Source: Candidatus Doudnabacteria bacterium (lineage in GTDB: Bacteria > Patescibacteriota > Doudnabacteria > UBA920). Taken from it: a stretch of DNA of 64,000 nt. The notes beneath the pieces were generated by a model. That model did no database searches. It saw only the letters and a list, made by a program, of their open reading frames with translations, and was not told where the DNA came from. This document shows, piece by piece, positions 1-9,932 of the stretch (positions are counted from its first letter, which is position 1; each line of letters starts with the position of its first letter). The stretch lies in the NCBI GenBank assembly GCA_016218585.1, contig JACRDK010000004.1, forward strand, positions 21,347 to 85,346, in the 5' to 3' direction. Made by a program: the position numbers and the translations under genes.

Positions 1-163
1 AATTAAAAAACTGGCTTTGCTGAAAAAAGCTTTTTAAGCCAGAAACGTCTATTCCCGGAATTGGCACGTGGGCCAAAATTCTAGTTATGAATAAAAGACC
101 TAGCACAATTAAAATTTTGTTGCGCAGGTCTTTGGTTTTCCAAATAAGAGTGATTTTGTTCAT
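1..163 (-). CDS. secY: Preprotein translocase SecY, N-terminal part (runs off window)
   Basis: Manual translation MNKITLIWKTKDLRNKILIVLGLLFITRILAHVPIPGID, typical SecY N-terminus; follows rplO. Confidence 0.93.
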   Translation of the reverse strand, partial: MNKITLIWKTKDLRNKILIVLGLLFITRILAHVPIPGIDVSGLKSFFQQSQFFN

Positions 164-254
164 AATAATCTAATGCGAATTACTAATTATTATGCGAATT
201 ATGCGAAAATTTTATTTTCATTTTTCGCATTTTATTTCGTATTATTCGCATTCG

Positions 255-688
255 TTATTTGACTGTGCCGCCAGCTTTTTCAACCTCTGCTTTAACGGAA
301 GCGGATACAGGCAACATAATATTTAATTTCTTTTTGATTTCACCTTTTAAAATTTTCACTTTCAAAACGCCGGAGTCAACCAAGCCTTTATCTTTTAAGG
401 CTTTTAAATCTACGGTTTCGCCTTCGTTGAAGACGCTGAGTTTGGAAAGGCTCAAAGCTAAAACTTTGTCATTCAAAGACCTAAAACCGCGGGACTTAGG
501 CAGCTGTCTTACGAGCGGTTGGCGGCCACCTTCAAAAGTCACGGGCATTTTGCTGTGACCGGTGCGCTTGGTCTGACCTTTGTTACCGCGAGTGGAATAA
601 GTACCTTTACCGCTACCCAAACCACGACCGACAACTTTGCGGCGGTGAATGGATTTTGATTCTTTTTTAACTGATGTAATTTAAGCAT
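255..688 (-). CDS. rplO: 50S ribosomal protein L15 (frameshift near 663-668 separates the first 9 codons from the rest)
   Basis: RKVVGRGLGSGKG...FEGG motif; ATG at 688 (MLKLHQLKK) joins the main frame only after a -1 shift. Confidence 0.92.
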
Positions 689-759
689 AATCTGGTGAAT
701 TAGTAATTTAGAAAATTAGTGAACTAGTTTTCTAATTCTCTAGTTCTTATTCCTACACT

Positions 760-1269
760 TTACTTACGAAGTAACGCAAGCTTTTCTTTACTCTTCATTT
801 TCTTGAAAGCGGCGAATACTGCCTTAACGTTGTTCACTTTGTTGTTGGAACCCAACATTTTGCAGACAATATTCTTAACACCGGACAATTCCATAACAGA
901 ACGGACAGCGCCACCGGCAATAACTCCGGTACCTGGCTTAGCAGGCTTAAGCATTAAAGAGCTGGATTTGTACTTGATGTTAACTCCGTGCGGAATAGTT
1001 TCATTAACAAGAGGCAAAGTCACCATGTTCTTTTTGGCGGCATTAACAGCTTTGTTTACGCTTTCAGATACGTCGGCTCCTTTTTTCAAACCCATGCCAA
1101 CTTTACCTTTGCGATCACCAATAACAACCAAAGCTCTAAAGCGCATTCTTTTACCACCAGCAACTACGCGAGTAACTCTTTTTACTTCCACGACTTTCTG
1201 GTCGAATTCGCTTCTTTCGCGTTCGCCTTCTCTATTTGAATTCTTTCGTCTTTTTTCCATATTATTCAC
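760..1269 (-). CDS. rpsE: 30S ribosomal protein S5
   Basis: RVTRVVAGGKRMRFRALVVIGD, PGTGVIAGG motifs; operon position. Confidence 0.98.
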   Translation of the reverse strand: MNNMEKRRKNSNREGERERSEFDQKVVEVKRVTRVVAGGKRMRFRALVVIGDRKGKVGMGLKKGADVSESVNKAVNAAKKNMVTLPLVNETIPHGVNIKYKSSSLMLKPAKPGTGVIAGGAVRSVMELSGVKNIVCKMLGSNNKVNNVKAVFAAFKKMKSKEKLALLRK

Positions 1270-1339
1270 TAATTAACACTGATTATTAAAGGATAGACAC
1301 GGATCTGCGTTAATCCGTTTTCAATCCGTGTTTATTATT

Positions 1340-1693
1340 TTAAAACTCGAGCCCGCCTTCTCTAGCACCTTCTGCCAATGCCTTTATTCTACCATGATAT
1401 GCGAATCCGCCGCGATCAAAACTAACCGACTTGATATTTTTGGCCATGGCTTTGCCGGCAACCAACTTGCCTACTTCTTTGGCAATTTCGCTCTTTTTGG
1501 CTTTGGATTCAACTTCCAAGCTGGAAGCTGCGGCCAAAGTTTTGCCAACATTGTCATCAATTACTTGAGCGTAAATATGGCGGTTTGCCTTAAATACAGC
1601 CAAGCGTGGACGCTGGGCGCTGCCGGAAATTCTGCTTCTTACGCGGGTGTGGCGAATAGTTCTTTTTAAATTTTTCTGCTTCTGTCTGTTCAT
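1340..1693 (-). CDS. rplR: 50S ribosomal protein L18
   Basis: RPRLAVF...[29 protein letters not shown]; start moved to MNRQKQ because the upstream extension is repeat DNA. Confidence 0.97.
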   Translation of the reverse strand: MNRQKQKNLKRTIRHTRVRSRISGSAQRPRLAVFKANRHIYAQVIDDNVGKTLAAASSLEVESKAKKSEIAKEVGKLVAGKAMAKNIKSVSFDRGGFAYHGRIKALAEGAREGGLEF

Positions 1694-1807
1694 ATAATAT
1701 CGCTGAATGATGCGGAACTTAACGCTGAATGTCGCGGAAAGAACCACAACTTGTTAATTAAATTTCTGCGTACTTCCGCGTTATTTTCCGCGCGTTTCCG
1801 CGTTTAT

Positions 1808-2479
1808 TTATTTGCCGCCTCCGACTACTTTAACAACTTTACCGGCTTTGCGGATTATTACTTCATCGCTGTATTTAATTCCTTTTCCTTTGTATGGTTC
1901 CGGTTTTTTCAATTCTCTAATTTCAGCCGCAAACTGTCCAACCTGCTGTTTGTCCGGACCGGAAATGGTCATAACATTTTTTTCAATGGCAAAAGTCAGA
2001 TTTTCTGGTACTTGGACAAAAATCGGATGGGAAAAACCTAACTGCAAATCTATAACCATGCCTTTTAACTGTCCCAAGCGGGTCACCGCGTTGGCAAAAG
2101 TTTGAGCCTGTCCGGCTTGGTCTTTCTTTTCGGCGTCAGCCTGTTTAACCTGATAGGCTTTCTTTAACTCTTCGGCTTTCTTAACTTCCATTTTAAAACC
2201 AACACCGTTAAGTTCAAGTTTCTTTTCAAAACCTTTTGTTACGCCGTCTACCAAATTTTGAATCAAAGCGCGGAACAAACCCCAAAGAGCTTTTTCCTTC
2301 TTGTTCTCTTTGTTCTTCACGTCAACCAAAATTTCCTTTTCGCTTATGCTAACTTCCACTTTCGGGTTTAAAGGCAAAACTAAAGTACCCTTCGGACCGG
2401 TTACGGTCAAAGTTAAGTCCTTCTTTTCTGCTTTCACTCCCTGGGGGAGGCTAACTGGTTTTTTTCCGACTCTGCTCAT
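1808..2479 (-). CDS. rplF: 50S ribosomal protein L6 with an internal insertion of about 40 aa
   Basis: MSRVGKKP, GFSHP, PEPYKGKGI motifs. Confidence 0.97.
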   Translation of the reverse strand: MSRVGKKPVSLPQGVKAEKKDLTLTVTGPKGTLVLPLNPKVEVSISEKEILVDVKNKENKKEKALWGLFRALIQNLVDGVTKGFEKKLELNGVGFKMEVKKAEELKKAYQVKQADAEKKDQAGQAQTFANAVTRLGQLKGMVIDLQLGFSHPIFVQVPENLTFAIEKNVMTISGPDKQQVGQFAAEIRELKKPEPYKGKGIKYSDEVIIRKAGKVVKVVGGGK

Positions 2480-2569
2480 AAAATTAATATAAATTGATTA
2501 ACACTGATTTAGAACGGATGGACACGGATATCTCTGTTAATCCGTTTTCTGTCCGTGTTTGTCTGTTTT

Positions 2570-2962
2570 TTACCAAACCTGGCACACTACTTCTCCGCCC
2601 ATGCGGGACTTGCGAGCTTCTTTGTCAGTCATCAGACCTTTGGAGGTAGATACCACTGTAATACCATAACCGCTGTTAGTGCGAGGAAGCTTGTCTGCTG
2701 CTAAGTAAATTCTCTGTCCCGGTTTGCTTACTCTCTGAATTCCGCCAATTACCGCTTCGCCGCTTTCCGAGTATTTCAGAGTTATCTTCAACATTTTGTG
2801 CTTATCGGAGAACTCCTCAACGCCGCTAACGAAACCCTCTTTCAATAAAAGCTTTGCCAAGTTATCTTTGAAATTGGAATAGGGCAAAACCAGCTCGTTT
2901 TTGCGGGCTGCGCTTGCATTGCGAATGCGGGTTAACATGTCGGCGATTGGATCTGTGAACAT
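2570..2962 (-). CDS. rpsH: 30S ribosomal protein S8
   Basis: TDPIADMLTRIRN, SKPGQRIY, STSKGLMT. Confidence 0.98.
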   Translation of the reverse strand: MFTDPIADMLTRIRNASAARKNELVLPYSNFKDNLAKLLLKEGFVSGVEEFSDKHKMLKITLKYSESGEAVIGGIQRVSKPGQRIYLAADKLPRTNSGYGITVVSTSKGLMTDKEARKSRMGGEVVCQVW

Positions 2963-3061
2963 AATTTTACTAAATACTAATTGTTTACTAATATGCTAAT
3001 CTTGATGAATCGTAAGTGAATTGTGTTATTTTGTAAGCAGAAATTCGTGCTTCGTAAAGTT

Positions 3062-3256
3062 CTACCAACTGGCTTTAACTACTCCGGGTATTTCCCCTTT
3101 GCTGGCTAATTCTCTAAAACAGATTCTGCACATATCAAAATCTCTCATATAACCGGCTTTACGGCCGCACTTCCAACAGCGCCTCACTACCCGAGTCTGG
3201 TATTTAGGATTTGTTCTGCTCCTTAAAGATTTTATGATTTGTGCTTGTGTAGCCAT
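3062..3256 (-). CDS. rpsZ: 30S ribosomal protein S14, zinc-binding type Z
   Basis: RCWKCGR...CRICFRELA...[11 protein letters not shown]. Confidence 0.96.
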   Translation of the reverse strand: MATQAQIIKSLRSRTNPKYQTRVVRRCWKCGRKAGYMRDFDMCRICFRELASKGEIPGVVKASW

Positions 3257-3318
3257 ACAAAATTAATTTAAGATACTAATCTACTAATTTATGCTAATGA
3301 TACTAACTCGGCTTTAAT

Positions 3319-3858
3319 TTATTTTTTAAACGGGAAGCCTAATAAAGTTAACAATTCTCTGGCTGGTGCGTCTTTGCCTGCGTTAGTAACAACAGAAATT
3401 TCTAAGCCAAAAACATTTTCTAGCGATTCGGAGGAAATTTCCGGGAAAACCAAGTGTTCTTTCATGCCGAGGTGATAATTACCTCTGCCGTCAAAACCAT
3501 CTTTGTTAATCCCCTGGAAATCGCGCACTCTTGGCAAAGCAACGTTTACCAGTTTATCCAAGAAGCTGTACATGCGGTAACCTCTTAAGGTGCAAACAAT
3601 ACCGACAACCTGGTTTTCTCTGACCTTAAATCCGGCAATGGATTTTCTGGCCTTAGTCTTAACCGGAGCCTGTCCGGTAATTTTCTTAACGTCTTCGACA
3701 TATTGGTCAATCTTCTTTTTGTCGTCCTTAACTTTACCAACACCGACGTTAACAATGACTTTAAGAATTTTCGGCACTTGCATAACATTCTTGTAGCCGA
3801 ATTTTTCTTTTAAAACCGGGACTATCTTCTTATTATATTGTTCCTGTAATCTTTCCAT
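3319..3858 (-). CDS. rplE: 50S ribosomal protein L5
   Basis: ITGQAP, SIAGFKVRE, LPRVRDFQG, FDGRGNY. Confidence 0.98.
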   Translation of the reverse strand: MERLQEQYNKKIVPVLKEKFGYKNVMQVPKILKVIVNVGVGKVKDDKKKIDQYVEDVKKITGQAPVKTKARKSIAGFKVRENQVVGIVCTLRGYRMYSFLDKLVNVALPRVRDFQGINKDGFDGRGNYHLGMKEHLVFPEISSESLENVFGLEISVVTNAGKDAPARELLTLLGFPFKK

Positions 3859-3968
3859 AAAATCGCTGAATGATGCGGAACTTAACGCGGACTATCGCGG
3901 AAAGAACCACAACTTGTTAATTAAATTTCTGCGTACTTCCGCGTTATCTTCCGCGTGTTTCCGCGTTG

Positions 3969-4292
3969 TTAAACTGCTTTACCGCTGGTTCTGGCCATTC
4001 TCTGCTTGCTGCCATTTTCCAAAAAAGTAAATCCAACGCGGGATGGGTTGCCGGAATTCGGGTCGAGCAGCATAACTTTAGAAACATGGAGGGCTGCAAA
4101 AAATGTAACTTTCTTTCCTGGCTCGCCGGCTTTTTTAGACTTTTCAAACCTGGTATGGACATTAACGTTTTCCACCATCACCTTGGAGATTTTGGGTAAA
4201 ACTTTAATAACCTTGCCGGTCTTTCCTTTGTCTTTTCCGGAAATGACTTTTACGGTATCGCCTGTCTTAATTTTTAGTCTGTTATTATTCAT
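3969..4292 (-). CDS. rplX: 50S ribosomal protein L24
   Basis: KIKTGDTVKVISGKDKGKTGKV KOW motif. Confidence 0.97.
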   Translation of the reverse strand: MNNNRLKIKTGDTVKVISGKDKGKTGKVIKVLPKISKVMVENVNVHTRFEKSKKAGEPGKKVTFFAALHVSKVMLLDPNSGNPSRVGFTFLENGSKQRMARTSGKAV

Positions 4293-4418
4293 ATCTTTAC
4301 TAAATACTAATTGATACTAATATACTAATCATTAAATGTTGGGTAATCTTTGAGAGTAAGAATTCGTATATTCGCCTGCCTGCCGGTAGGCAGGTACAAA
4401 TTCGTACTTCGTAAAGTT

Positions 4419-4811
4419 TTAAATTACTTCTGGTGCCAAGCTGACAATTTTCTTAAATCCATCTTCAAAGGAGCCTTTAGCTTTTTCGCGAATTTCTCTC
4501 GGGATAGGACCGAATATGCGGCTTCCTTTTGGCTCACCTTTTTCTTTATCTACAATCACTCCGGCATTTTCATCAAAGCGTATATAAGATCCGTCTTTTC
4601 TGCGAATTTCTTTGCGCAAGCGAACAATTACCGCATAAACTTTATCACCCTTCTTTAAGGAAGAGTTCGGCGCAACCTGCTTGACGGAGCCGGCAACAAT
4701 GTCGCCGATTCTGGCAAAACGATTGCTGTTTTTTCCGTTGACGGAGAAAACATTGACGATCTTTGCGCCAGTATTGTCTGCTATATTAATCCAGGATCTT
4801 ACTTGTAACAT
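4419..4811 (-). CDS. rplN: 50S ribosomal protein L14
   Basis: ADNTGAK, RKDGSYIRFDENA, GSRIFGP, KIVSLAPEV. Confidence 0.98.
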   Translation of the reverse strand: MLQVRSWINIADNTGAKIVNVFSVNGKNSNRFARIGDIVAGSVKQVAPNSSLKKGDKVYAVIVRLRKEIRRKDGSYIRFDENAGVIVDKEKGEPKGSRIFGPIPREIREKAKGSFEDGFKKIVSLAPEVI

Positions 4812-4919
4812 ATAATTCTTTCGCTAGTGCACGGAGGTTGTAGACTCCGCGGATATCATTGACCAAAGCAATTCCTTTTGATCAGCGCTATCCGTGGAAT
4901 CTGCGTATCCGCGAGATAA

Positions 4920-5162
4920 CTAAATTTTATTAATTACTTTAAACTTCTTATCTTTGCTTATTGGTTTAACCGATTCAATCACCACACGGTCTCCGGTTTT
5001 ATACTCATTCGCTTCATCATGAGCTTTAAAACGCTTGGAAATAGTGTAAGATTTTTTATACTTAGCGTGGCGCTTTCTCATATCTACCTTTACCACCACG
5101 GTTTTGTCCATTTTATCGGACACTATAACACCGGTAAGTTGTTGCTTCTTTGATTGTGTCAT
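4920..5162 (-). CDS. rpsQ: 30S ribosomal protein S17
   Basis: GVIVSDKMDKTVVV, KAHDE, PISKDK. Confidence 0.97.
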   Translation of the reverse strand: MTQSKKQQLTGVIVSDKMDKTVVVKVDMRKRHAKYKKSYTISKRFKAHDEANEYKTGDRVVIESVKPISKDKKFKVINKI

Positions 5163-5176
5163 ATACTTGATACCTA

Positions 5177-5377
5177 CTACTTAATGCTTTCAACTTTCTT
5201 CTGATTTAGATAAGTCATTATACGGGCAATGTCTTTTTTAACCGCTCCCAATTCCCGGGGGTTCTTTAACTGATTGAGGCGGATTTTAACCGCTAAATCG
5301 TGAGCTTTAGCGCGCAATTCGAGCAACAAGCTTTTAATTTCACCTTCTGATTTAGTTGTTAATTCCTTAAATTTCAT
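5177..5377 (-). CDS. rpmC: 50S ribosomal protein L29
   Basis: QLKNP...KKDIARIMT; operon position. Confidence 0.94.
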   Translation of the reverse strand: MKFKELTTKSEGEIKSLLLELRAKAHDLAVKIRLNQLKNPRELGAVKKDIARIMTYLNQKKVESIK

Positions 5378-5483
5378 ATCTTTACTAAATACTTATTGAT
5401 ACTAATATACTAATTTTAATCTAAAAGGTAATTTATGGAAGTAAGAATTCGTATATTCGTACAAATTCGTACTTCATAAAGTT

Positions 5484-5900
5484 TTAACCTTGCTTTTCTT
5501 TAACTAAGAATCTGGATTTTACCGGAAGTTTGTAGCTGGCTAATCTCATAGCTTCCTGGGCCTGCTCTCTGGTCACCCCGTCCATTTCAAATAAAATCTT
5601 GCCTTTTTTTACAACTGAAACAAAGTGGTCAACAGCACCTTTACCGCCACCCATAGGGCTTTCGTTTCCGTGGAGGGTAACCGGTTTGTCGGCAAATACG
5701 CGGATCCAAATTTTACCGCCTCTTTGCACATAGCGAGTCATAGCGCGGCGGGCTGCTTCAATCTGACGAGCGGTAACCCAGCTGCTTTCCATGGCTTTTA
5801 AGGCAAAGGTGCCGAAAGCGATTTGTTCGCCGGCGGAAGCCTGTCCTTTAGTATGACCGCGGTGATGTTTGCGGTGTTTTAACTTTTTCGGGATAAACAT
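5484..5900 (-). CDS. rplP: 50S ribosomal protein L16
   Basis: RQIEAARRAMTR, GKIWIRVF, MGGGKG. Confidence 0.98.
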   Translation of the reverse strand: MFIPKKLKHRKHHRGHTKGQASAGEQIAFGTFALKAMESSWVTARQIEAARRAMTRYVQRGGKIWIRVFADKPVTLHGNESPMGGGKGAVDHFVSVVKKGKILFEMDGVTREQAQEAMRLASYKLPVKSRFLVKEKQG

Positions 5901-6020
5901 ATCGGTTAAATTTACTATCTTTACTAACTACTAATCGGTACTAATATACTAATCTGTGATTATTAAATTGGTATATTCGTAAAAATTAGTAGTTAGTAAA
6001 GTAAGAGAATTAATTAACAA

Positions 6021-6704
6021 TTAGGCTTTTTTTGGAGCGTCGGCGATATCTTTTACAAAGGTTTTCTTACTTTCAAATACGTCTCCTTTATAAATCCAGA
6101 TTTTTACTCCGACAGTTCCGTAAGTGGTAAAAGCAGTGCTTCTGGCAAAATCTATATTGGCGCGCAAGGTATGAAGAGGAATTTTACCGGAGGAAAGATG
6201 TTCTGTGCGGGCAATATCAGCCCCGTTCAACCTACCGCCAATTGCTACTTTTGCTCCCTTAGCACCGGCGTTCATCATCTGTTCCAAGGACTGCTTCATC
6301 AGTTTTCTAAAAGCAACGCGCTTTTCCAACTGTTCGGCAATGCCGTTAGCAATAACTTGAGCTTGCAGGTTAACTTCTTTAATATCTTCGATGTTAACTT
6401 TTAATTCCTGCTTAATCCCCAACTTCGCTTTAATCTTTTTCTTAAGCTCTTCAATGCCGGCGCCGCCTTTGCCGATTATTAAACCCGGTTTAGTGGTTTT
6501 AATAATGACAGTAATAGTGCCGTCGTTTAAGCGCTCAATGTCGATTCTAACCAAGCCGGCCTTTTTCAAATGCAATTCCAAATATTCGCGAATTTTTACG
6601 TCTTCAGCCAATTGCTTGGAGTAGTTCGCTTTGGAAAACCATCTGGACTTCCAGGTATCGGTTATCTTCAATCTTAGTGATGTTGGGTTTATCTTATGTC
6701 CCAT
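6021..6704 (-). CDS. rpsC: 30S ribosomal protein S3
   Basis: MGHKINP, PGLIIGKGG KH domain, GRLNGADIAR, PLHTLRANID. Confidence 0.98.
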   Translation of the reverse strand: MGHKINPTSLRLKITDTWKSRWFSKANYSKQLAEDVKIREYLELHLKKAGLVRIDIERLNDGTITVIIKTTKPGLIIGKGGAGIEELKKKIKAKLGIKQELKVNIEDIKEVNLQAQVIANGIAEQLEKRVAFRKLMKQSLEQMMNAGAKGAKVAIGGRLNGADIARTEHLSSGKIPLHTLRANIDFARSTAFTTYGTVGVKIWIYKGDVFESKKTFVKDIADAPKKA

Positions 6705-6793
6705 AATTTTAGTTAAAAGTTAATCAGGTTAATCAAGTTTATCAAGTCATTTACTTTGCAACTTTATGAACTTGATAACTTTATAAACTCGTT

Positions 6794-7372
6794 TTATACT
6801 CCGGTTTTTCTGTTAAATAATCTGCGTTTGTTGGCAACTTTGTTCATCTTTACTTCTTCATCAGTCTTGAACACCTGGCTCTTTTTCGGTGCGGCATTTA
6901 CCGGCTTCTTGCTTACTGCGTCTTGCTGGTCAACATTTTCAGGTTTAACTTCTTTGCCTTCAGTTTTCTTTAAGAAGCCAAGCTTGGTTTTGCTGGCTTT
7001 GGCCTTCTTCTTTTCTTCCAGCACAACATTAACGTGGCTCATCTTTCTTCTAATTACGAAAGCGCTGCCGCGGGCTCTGGGGAAATAACGCTTCATTTCT
7101 TTGCCCTGGTCGGCGGTAATGCTTTTTATAAACAAAAACTGAGGATCTAAAGAAAAATTATTCTTGGCATTGGCAATGGCGGACTGAAGTAATTTAATAA
7201 CAATCGGGGCAGCCTTTTTGTTGGCATGCTGGAGCTGGACAATCGCGTCCATCGCATTCATGTTCTTGATTAAATTAGTAACCAAGCGCATTTTTCTTGG
7301 GGCAATATGAATATGCCGGGCTGAAGCCTTAACCAATTTTCCGTTATTCTGTTTAGTTGCTTGCTCTGTCAT
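6794..7372 (-). CDS. rplV: 50S ribosomal protein L22 with long basic C-terminal extension
   Basis: APRKMRLV, SAIANAKNN, PRARG motifs. Confidence 0.96.
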   Translation of the reverse strand: MTEQATKQNNGKLVKASARHIHIAPRKMRLVTNLIKNMNAMDAIVQLQHANKKAAPIVIKLLQSAIANAKNNFSLDPQFLFIKSITADQGKEMKRYFPRARGSAFVIRRKMSHVNVVLEEKKKAKASKTKLGFLKKTEGKEVKPENVDQQDAVSKKPVNAAPKKSQVFKTDEEVKMNKVANKRRLFNRKTGV

Positions 7373-7482
7373 ATTACTATATTTACTAAATACTAATTTT
7401 AAATGGTTTAAATTTTGGAATAAGAATTCGTATATTCGCCTGCCTGCCGGTAGGCAGGTACAAATTCGTACTTCGTAAAGTG

Positions 7483-7815
7483 TTACTTCTTGCTGTCGTC
7501 TTTGGCGGCGTTAAGCTTGGCCTTTTCGGCTTCGGCTTTGGCTAATTCTTGTTCTTTAGCCATCTTACCACCATGACGGAGGAACTTACGAGTCGGAGAA
7601 AATTCTCCAAGCTTGTGGCCTACCATGTTTTCTGTAACGAATACCGGAACGTGAGTACGGCCGTTATGAACCAGGAAAGTAAAGCCTACAAACTCAGGGG
7701 CAATAGTGCAGGATCTGGACCAAGTTTTAATTTGGGTCTGACCGGCCTTGCCGTTTTGCACTTTCTTTACCACTCTCGGGTCTACGTATGGTCCTTTTTT
7801 TAGTGATCTAGACAT
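7483..7815 (-). CDS. rpsS: 30S ribosomal protein S19
   Basis: [29 protein letters not shown]. Confidence 0.98.
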   Translation of the reverse strand: MSRSLKKGPYVDPRVVKKVQNGKAGQTQIKTWSRSCTIAPEFVGFTFLVHNGRTHVPVFVTENMVGHKLGEFSPTRKFLRHGGKMAKEQELAKAEAEKAKLNAAKDDSKK

Positions 7816-7900
7816 AAAATCAGTTCTTAAAGTTAATCAAGTTTTAAAGTTTATAAAGTTATGCCGTCCACTTGATGAACTTGATAACTTGATAAGCTTG

Positions 7901-8737
7901 TTACTTACTGCGTCTCTTAATAATCATTTTATTGCTGTATTTCTTCTTGCTTCTGGTCTTAACGCCAAGGGCATGTTTACCCCATGGAGTCTTTGGATAT
8001 TTCATACCAATCGGGTTATGACCTTCACCACCACCATGAGGGTGATCTACCGGGTTCATAACTTTACCGCGAACAGTTGGTCTCCAACCCATCAAGCGCA
8101 TTCTGCCGGCCTTGCCAATACGGACATTCATCCAATCGGAATTAGCTAACTGGCCAACTGTGGCTAAACAGGTTTCTCTGACTCTGCGGATTTCACCGCT
8201 TGGTAATTTAAGCAAAGCATAACCGGCTTCAACTGTCTGCAAGGTGGCATAAGCTCCGGCGCTTCTAGCCATTCTGCCGCCCTGTCCTGGAGTTAACTCA
8301 ATATCATGTATAAAAGTACCAACTGGAATATTTTTAATAGCTAAGCGGTTTCCCGGTAAAATTTCAGCTGTTTCGCCGAACATAACTTTGTCGCCAACTT
8401 TTAAACCCTGGGGGGTTAAAATAAAACGCTTGGCTCCATCATTATAGTGCAATAAGGAAATAAAAGCTGTGCGGGTCGGATCGTATTCAATGGTAACAAC
8501 TTTCGCCGGGATATTCTTTTTATCTTCACGGGAAAAATCCACCAAGCGAACTTTGCGGATAGCGCCGCCGCCCTGATGGCGAACGGTGATTTTTCCGCTG
8601 TTGTTGCGTCCGGCCGGTTTGGCTTTGGAAACTATCAAACCCTTCGGGGTCTTGGAAGTTTTATGCAAAACCGAATAATCGGTCACACTTTGAATGCGCC
8701 TTCCTGCGGATGTTGGTTTGTATAATTTAACGGCCAT
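7901..8737 (-). CDS. rplB: 50S ribosomal protein L2
   Basis: [35 protein letters not shown]. Confidence 0.99.
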   Translation of the reverse strand: MAVKLYKPTSAGRRIQSVTDYSVLHKTSKTPKGLIVSKAKPAGRNNSGKITVRHQGGGAIRKVRLVDFSREDKKNIPAKVVTIEYDPTRTAFISLLHYNDGAKRFILTPQGLKVGDKVMFGETAEILPGNRLAIKNIPVGTFIHDIELTPGQGGRMARSAGAYATLQTVEAGYALLKLPSGEIRRVRETCLATVGQLANSDWMNVRIGKAGRMRLMGWRPTVRGKVMNPVDHPHGGGEGHNPIGMKYPKTPWGKHALGVKTRSKKKYSNKMIIKRRSK

Positions 8738-8840
8738 AGTTAGATTTAAAAAATTAAATAATATTTAAATGATTGGGCATGATTTTAGCAATCTAATTCT
8801 TGTCATTCTTAATTAATCATACCAATCTTGTCAATTACGT

Positions 8841-9197
8841 TTATATTACGTCGGTTAAGCCTTCAATTTTGTCGCCCTTTTTCAAAGTGACAATGGCTTT
8901 TTTAAAAGATGAGGTTCTGCCGCTGCGCTGGCCAAAGTTTCTCTGTTTGCCGCGGTTGATTACCATATTCACCTGCAAAACTTTTACCTTATAAGCATCT
9001 TCAACAGCTTTCTTAACTTCCACTTTGTTTGCGCCCATGCCAACTTTAAACACGTACTTGTTTAGTTTAACTAAGTGGCCGGCTTTCTCGGAAATTCTCG
9101 GGCTTACCAACACGCTAGGAATCCTAATGGCTGGGGCTCCGGCTGTTTCAGTTGCCTTTTCGGCAGTTGTAGTTTTCTTCTTGCTAATAATAGCCAT
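8841..9197 (-). CDS. rplW: 50S ribosomal protein L23
   Basis: PRISEK, ANKVEVKKAVE, KKAIVTL. Confidence 0.96.
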   Translation of the reverse strand: MAIISKKKTTTAEKATETAGAPAIRIPSVLVSPRISEKAGHLVKLNKYVFKVGMGANKVEVKKAVEDAYKVKVLQVNMVINRGKQRNFGQRSGRTSSFKKAIVTLKKGDKIEGLTDVI

Positions 9198-9202
9198 AAA
9201 AA

Positions 9203-9856
9203 TTACTTAACGTTATTCTTCAAATAGGTTTTTTCAATAACCTGCAAGCTGTCCTTTAATACTATCATGCTATCGGCTTTCAAGATATCCAGAAGATTCA
9301 GGCTGCTAGCTAATATTGGAGTGACAAAAGGGAGATTGCGGGAGCTGCGGACTAATTTGTCGTCTTTCTTTGCCATGACCAACAATTGCTTTTTGCCGGA
9401 ATTTTTTACGGCATTCTTTAAGCCGTCTAAAATTTTGGCCATATCTTTGGTCTTTGGATTTTCCATGGAAATCTGATCGACAACTATGAACCGGTTTTCT
9501 TTAGCCTTGTCGGAAAGAGTCATAAACAAAGCCTGAACTTTAGCTTTTTTATTCAACTTTAATTCCCAATTGCGGTTGCTGCGCGGTCCAAAGGTTACTC
9601 CACCATGACGCCAAATCGGGCTGCGGGTGCTGCCAGCTCTAGCTCGGCCGGTACCTTTTTGCTTCCAAGGTTTTTTACCGCCACCAGATACTTCACCGCG
9701 GGTTTTGGTATGAGCAGAACCCTGGCGGGCATTTGACTGTTGGATGCGAACCGCTTCCGCGAGCAAATGAGTTTTAGGCTTAACGTCAAAGATTTTGGAA
9801 TTTAATTCCACATCCCCGACAACTTCCGCTTTTTGGTTGTAAAGATTTACTTTCAT
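9203..9856 (-). CDS. rplD: 50S ribosomal protein L4
   Basis: TKTRGEVSGGGKKPWKQKGTGRARAGS. Confidence 0.98.
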   Translation of the reverse strand: MKVNLYNQKAEVVGDVELNSKIFDVKPKTHLLAEAVRIQQSNARQGSAHTKTRGEVSGGGKKPWKQKGTGRARAGSTRSPIWRHGGVTFGPRSNRNWELKLNKKAKVQALFMTLSDKAKENRFIVVDQISMENPKTKDMAKILDGLKNAVKNSGKKQLLVMAKKDDKLVRSSRNLPFVTPILASSLNLLDILKADSMIVLKDSLQVIEKTYLKNNVK

Positions 9857-9932
9857 AACTTGAGTGAATTAGTGATACACAGATCTAGTGAGTTAGTTAT
9901 CTAATTCTCTAACTCTCTTTTTCTCTAGCTTG

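Larger units (their letters stand above)
1699..3967. repeat. Two near-identical ~106-bp intergenic hairpin elements (1699-1805 and 3862-3967)
   Basis: Shared ATCGCTGAATGATGCGGAACTTAACGC...GAACCACAACTTGTTAATTAAATTTCTGCGTACTTCCGCGTTAT. Confidence 0.92.
2968..7482. repeat. TACTAA/TTCGTA intergenic hairpin family (about 2968-3060, 4293-4420, 5376-5484, 5917-6002, 7380-7482)
   Basis: Left arm TTTACTAAATACTAATTGATACTAATATACTAAT, right arm ATTCGTATATTCGTACAAATTCGTACTTCGTAAAG. Confidence 0.9.
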
